This document shows positions 14,852 through 16,632 of a stretch of 16,632 nt of DNA, piece after piece. The position numbers and the translations under genes are program-made. A model generated the notes under the pieces. It saw only the letters and a program-made list of their open reading frames with translations. It did not search any database and had not been told where the DNA came from. Each line of letters opens with the position of its first letter. Within the stretch, counting starts at the first letter, position 1. This DNA comes from an uncultured Deinococcales bacterium (GTDB taxonomy: Bacteria; Deinococcota; Deinococci; Deinococcales; JAAFIG01), in contig CAXTTL010000100.1 of NCBI GenBank assembly GCA_964247135.1, forward strand, positions 1 through 16,632. Direction: 5' to 3'.

Positions 14852-16486
14852 ATGCAAAACCTGGCTCGAGTTGTTGGTTTATTGATGCTGTTGTGGGTTC
14901 TCGAGCCTGTTGGGTTGCCAACCAAGGCTCAAACCACAAACCTCTTGACCGCGCCACCGATGGGTTGGAATTCTTGGAATGCGTTAGGTTGCAACATCGA
15001 CGAGAATAAAATTTTGGCTCAAGCAAAAGCGATGGTCACGTCAAATATGCTCGAGGTGGGCTACAAGTTTGTGGTGATGGACGATTGCTGGTCGTTGAAG
15101 TCTCGAGACGCGAATGGCAATTTGGAGGCTGACCCGCAAAAATTTCCGCATGGCATTAAAGCCCTGAGTGACGCGATTCACGCCTTGGGTTTGAAGTTTG
15201 GCATGTACTCGGATCGCGGTGCAAAAACCTGTGGCGGCTTTCCTGGTTCGCAAGGCTTCGAGTTGCAAGACGCCAAACAATTCGCGGCTTGGGGCGTGGA
15301 TTACCTGAAATACGACAATTGCAACGCCGTGCTGGACGAAAAAAACCAGTATCAAACCATGCAAGCCGCCCTCAAATCCGTGCCTCGAGAGATTGTGTTG
15401 AGCGTTTGCTCGTGGTGGTTTAGACCGTTTATTCCTGGCATTGGCGACCTTTGGCGCACGACCTGGGACATCCGTGACGCTTGGGATTCCAAAGCCTTGT
15501 CCTCGAGCATCGATGACCAAAGTGTCATGAGCATTAGCGATACCAACAACCTTTACGCCAGTTACGCCAATCTCGGGCATTACAACGACCCCGACATGCT
15601 GATGGTCGGCAATTACGGGCGCGGCGGCTTGGGTGGTCCTGGCATGAACGACCTCGAGTACCGTTCGCATTTTGGCTTGTGGGCAATCATGAGCGCTCCG
15701 CTGATCGCGGGCAATCAACTCTCGAGCATGAACGCCCCGACGCTCGAGACGCTGACCAATTCGGAAGTGATTGCGGTCAATCAAGACCCCGCCGACACGC
15801 CAGCGCACACCCAAGGCGTTCGGGTGCGACGCAATGGCAATGCTGAGGTTTGGGCAAAATCGCTCTCGAGCGGAGGCGTTGCGGTGCTCCTGTTAAACCG
15901 AGGCGAGCAAACGTCCGATCTTCGCGCCAACTGGTCTGACCTGGGGTTGCTCGAGGGCGGCGCGAGTGTGCGCGACTTGTGGCAGCATCAAGACCTGGGC
16001 ATGTTCGATGCCAGTTTTACGGCTCGAGCTGTTCCTGCGCACGGTTCGGTAATGCTGGTGGTGCGCGGCAAAAAACCCGAGCCAGAAGTGCTCAAAACCA
16101 TCAGTCTCGAGGCGGAATCAAAGGTCAACACGCTGCTCGAGCCTGCCAGTGTTCAAGATTGCAAAACTTGTTCGGGAGGAGCGTATGTCACCAACATTCG
16201 CGGCGAGGGTTCGTTAACATTCAACAACGTTTTTGTCTCGCGCACGGGTTCACTGCCAGTCACCATCTATTTCACCAATCCATCCGAGCAAAAACTCTTA
16301 AAGATCACGACCAGCGCTGGGGCAAACATTGTGGTGCGGGTTCACTCGAGCGGCGACGGCGACAAGGTGGAAAGCTTGCGTCTAAACCTGGAACTCGAGC
16401 GTGGCGAAAACACGATCACGTTTTCCTTGCCTGGAGCGAAAGCGCCCAGCATTGACCGAATCGGTTATCAAACGGGTTCAAAATGA
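14852..16486 (+). CDS. secreted GH27 glycoside hydrolase (alpha-galactosidase / alpha-N-acetylgalactosaminidase family) with C-terminal CBM35/CBM6-like module
   Basis: Signal-peptide-like N-terminus; PPMGWNSWN, DDCW, DYLKYDNC (nucleophile), WRTTWDI (acid/base), NDPDML, SAPLIAGN, VRDLW; C-terminal LEAE..CKTCSGG..V..TFNNV module. Confidence 0.93.
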   Translation: MQNLARVVGLLMLLWVLEPVGLPTKAQTTNLLTAPPMGWNSWNALGCNIDENKILAQAKAMVTSNMLEVGYKFVVMDDCWSLKSRDANGNLEADPQKFPHGIKALSDAIHALGLKFGMYSDRGAKTCGGFPGSQGFELQDAKQFAAWGVDYLKYDNCNAVLDEKNQYQTMQAALKSVPREIVLSVCSWWFRPFIPGIGDLWRTTWDIRDAWDSKALSSSIDDQSVMSISDTNNLYASYANLGHYNDPDMLMVGNYGRGGLGGPGMNDLEYRSHFGLWAIMSAPLIAGNQLSSMNAPTLETLTNSEVIAVNQDPADTPAHTQGVRVRRNGNAEVWAKSLSSGGVAVLLLNRGEQTSDLRANWSDLGLLEGGASVRDLWQHQDLGMFDASFTARAVPAHGSVMLVVRGKKPEPEVLKTISLEAESKVNTLLEPASVQDCKTCSGGAYVTNIRGEGSLTFNNVFVSRTGSLPVTIYFTNPSEQKLLKITTSAGANIVVRVHSSGDGDKVESLRLNLELERGENTITFSLPGAKAPSIDRIGYQTGSK

Positions 16487-16513
16487 ATTTGAAGACTCGA
16501 GCTTCTTGGTTTG

Positions 16514-16534
16514 GTAGGGTGCGCCTCGCGCACC
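16514..16534 (+). repeat. GTAG-type REP sequence (intact)
   Basis: GTAG followed by hairpin GGTGCGC-CTC-GCGCACC; first 14 bp identical to 5278-5291. Confidence 0.8.
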
Positions 16535-16591
16535 GTGCACTCCAACTGTATTTTCCTTGCCAAACACAAAAATCTGCCGTTGTACTTGCTT

Positions 16592-16632
16592 CCCTCATCC
16601 CCGACCCTTCTCCCAACTTCAGGAGAAGGGAG
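16592..16632 (+). repeat. CCCTCATCCCC-type extragenic palindromic repeat, possibly truncated by the window edge
   Basis: CCCTCATCCCC leader, then stem CCCTTCTCC (16605-16613), 8-nt loop, GGAGAAGGG (16622-16630). Confidence 0.6.

Larger units (their letters stand above)
155..16501. repeat. highly iterated palindrome CTCGAG dispersed across the whole window
   Basis: About 132 copies by manual count, first at 155 and last at 16496; present in every CDS and in 7 of the 8 larger non-coding stretches. Confidence 0.97.

Noticed and set aside
14771-14857. N-terminal extension of ABC subunit A; likewise the upstream starts at 1246, 6251 and 7078
   Set aside because: These overlap promoters or neighbouring genes; the downstream ATGs have better SD, -10 or coupling support.
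155-16501. CTCGAG abundance as an XhoI cloning/ligation artefact or as a CRISPR/tandem array
   Set aside because: Sites lie inside intact, motif-complete genes in all three phases, spacing is irregular (15 to ~400 bp), and the shared unit is only 6 bp.

Overview
Bacterial chromosomal window with GC around 50-55% by eye; gene style and TAnnnT boxes directly before some starts suggest Deinococcota (inference). Left to right: (1) a minus-strand gene fusing an FHA domain to a phage-tail/baseplate-wedge (P2 gpI-like) domain typical of contractile injection system loci; (2) a divergent sugar or amino-sugar catabolic operon (DeoR regulator, two CUT1 ABC permeases, solute-binding protein, PfkB/LacC-type kinase, BadF-type sugar kinase, SIS-domain deaminase/isomerase, Gfo/Idh/MocA oxidoreductase), followed by a DUF4874/DUF4832-type lipoprotein; (3) a convergent heterodimeric ABC exporter with one degenerate ATP site; (4) a divergent secreted GH27 alpha-galactosidase-type enzyme with a C-terminal CBM. 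The strongest sequence-level signal is the palindrome CTCGAG: about 132 copies by manual count (1 per ~126 bp, versus ~4-5 expected), in all three codon phases and at similar density in intergenic DNA, resembling a HIP1-like highly iterated palindrome. There are also GTAG-type REP elements; one REP pair sits between two copies of the first codons of the pfkB-family gene.
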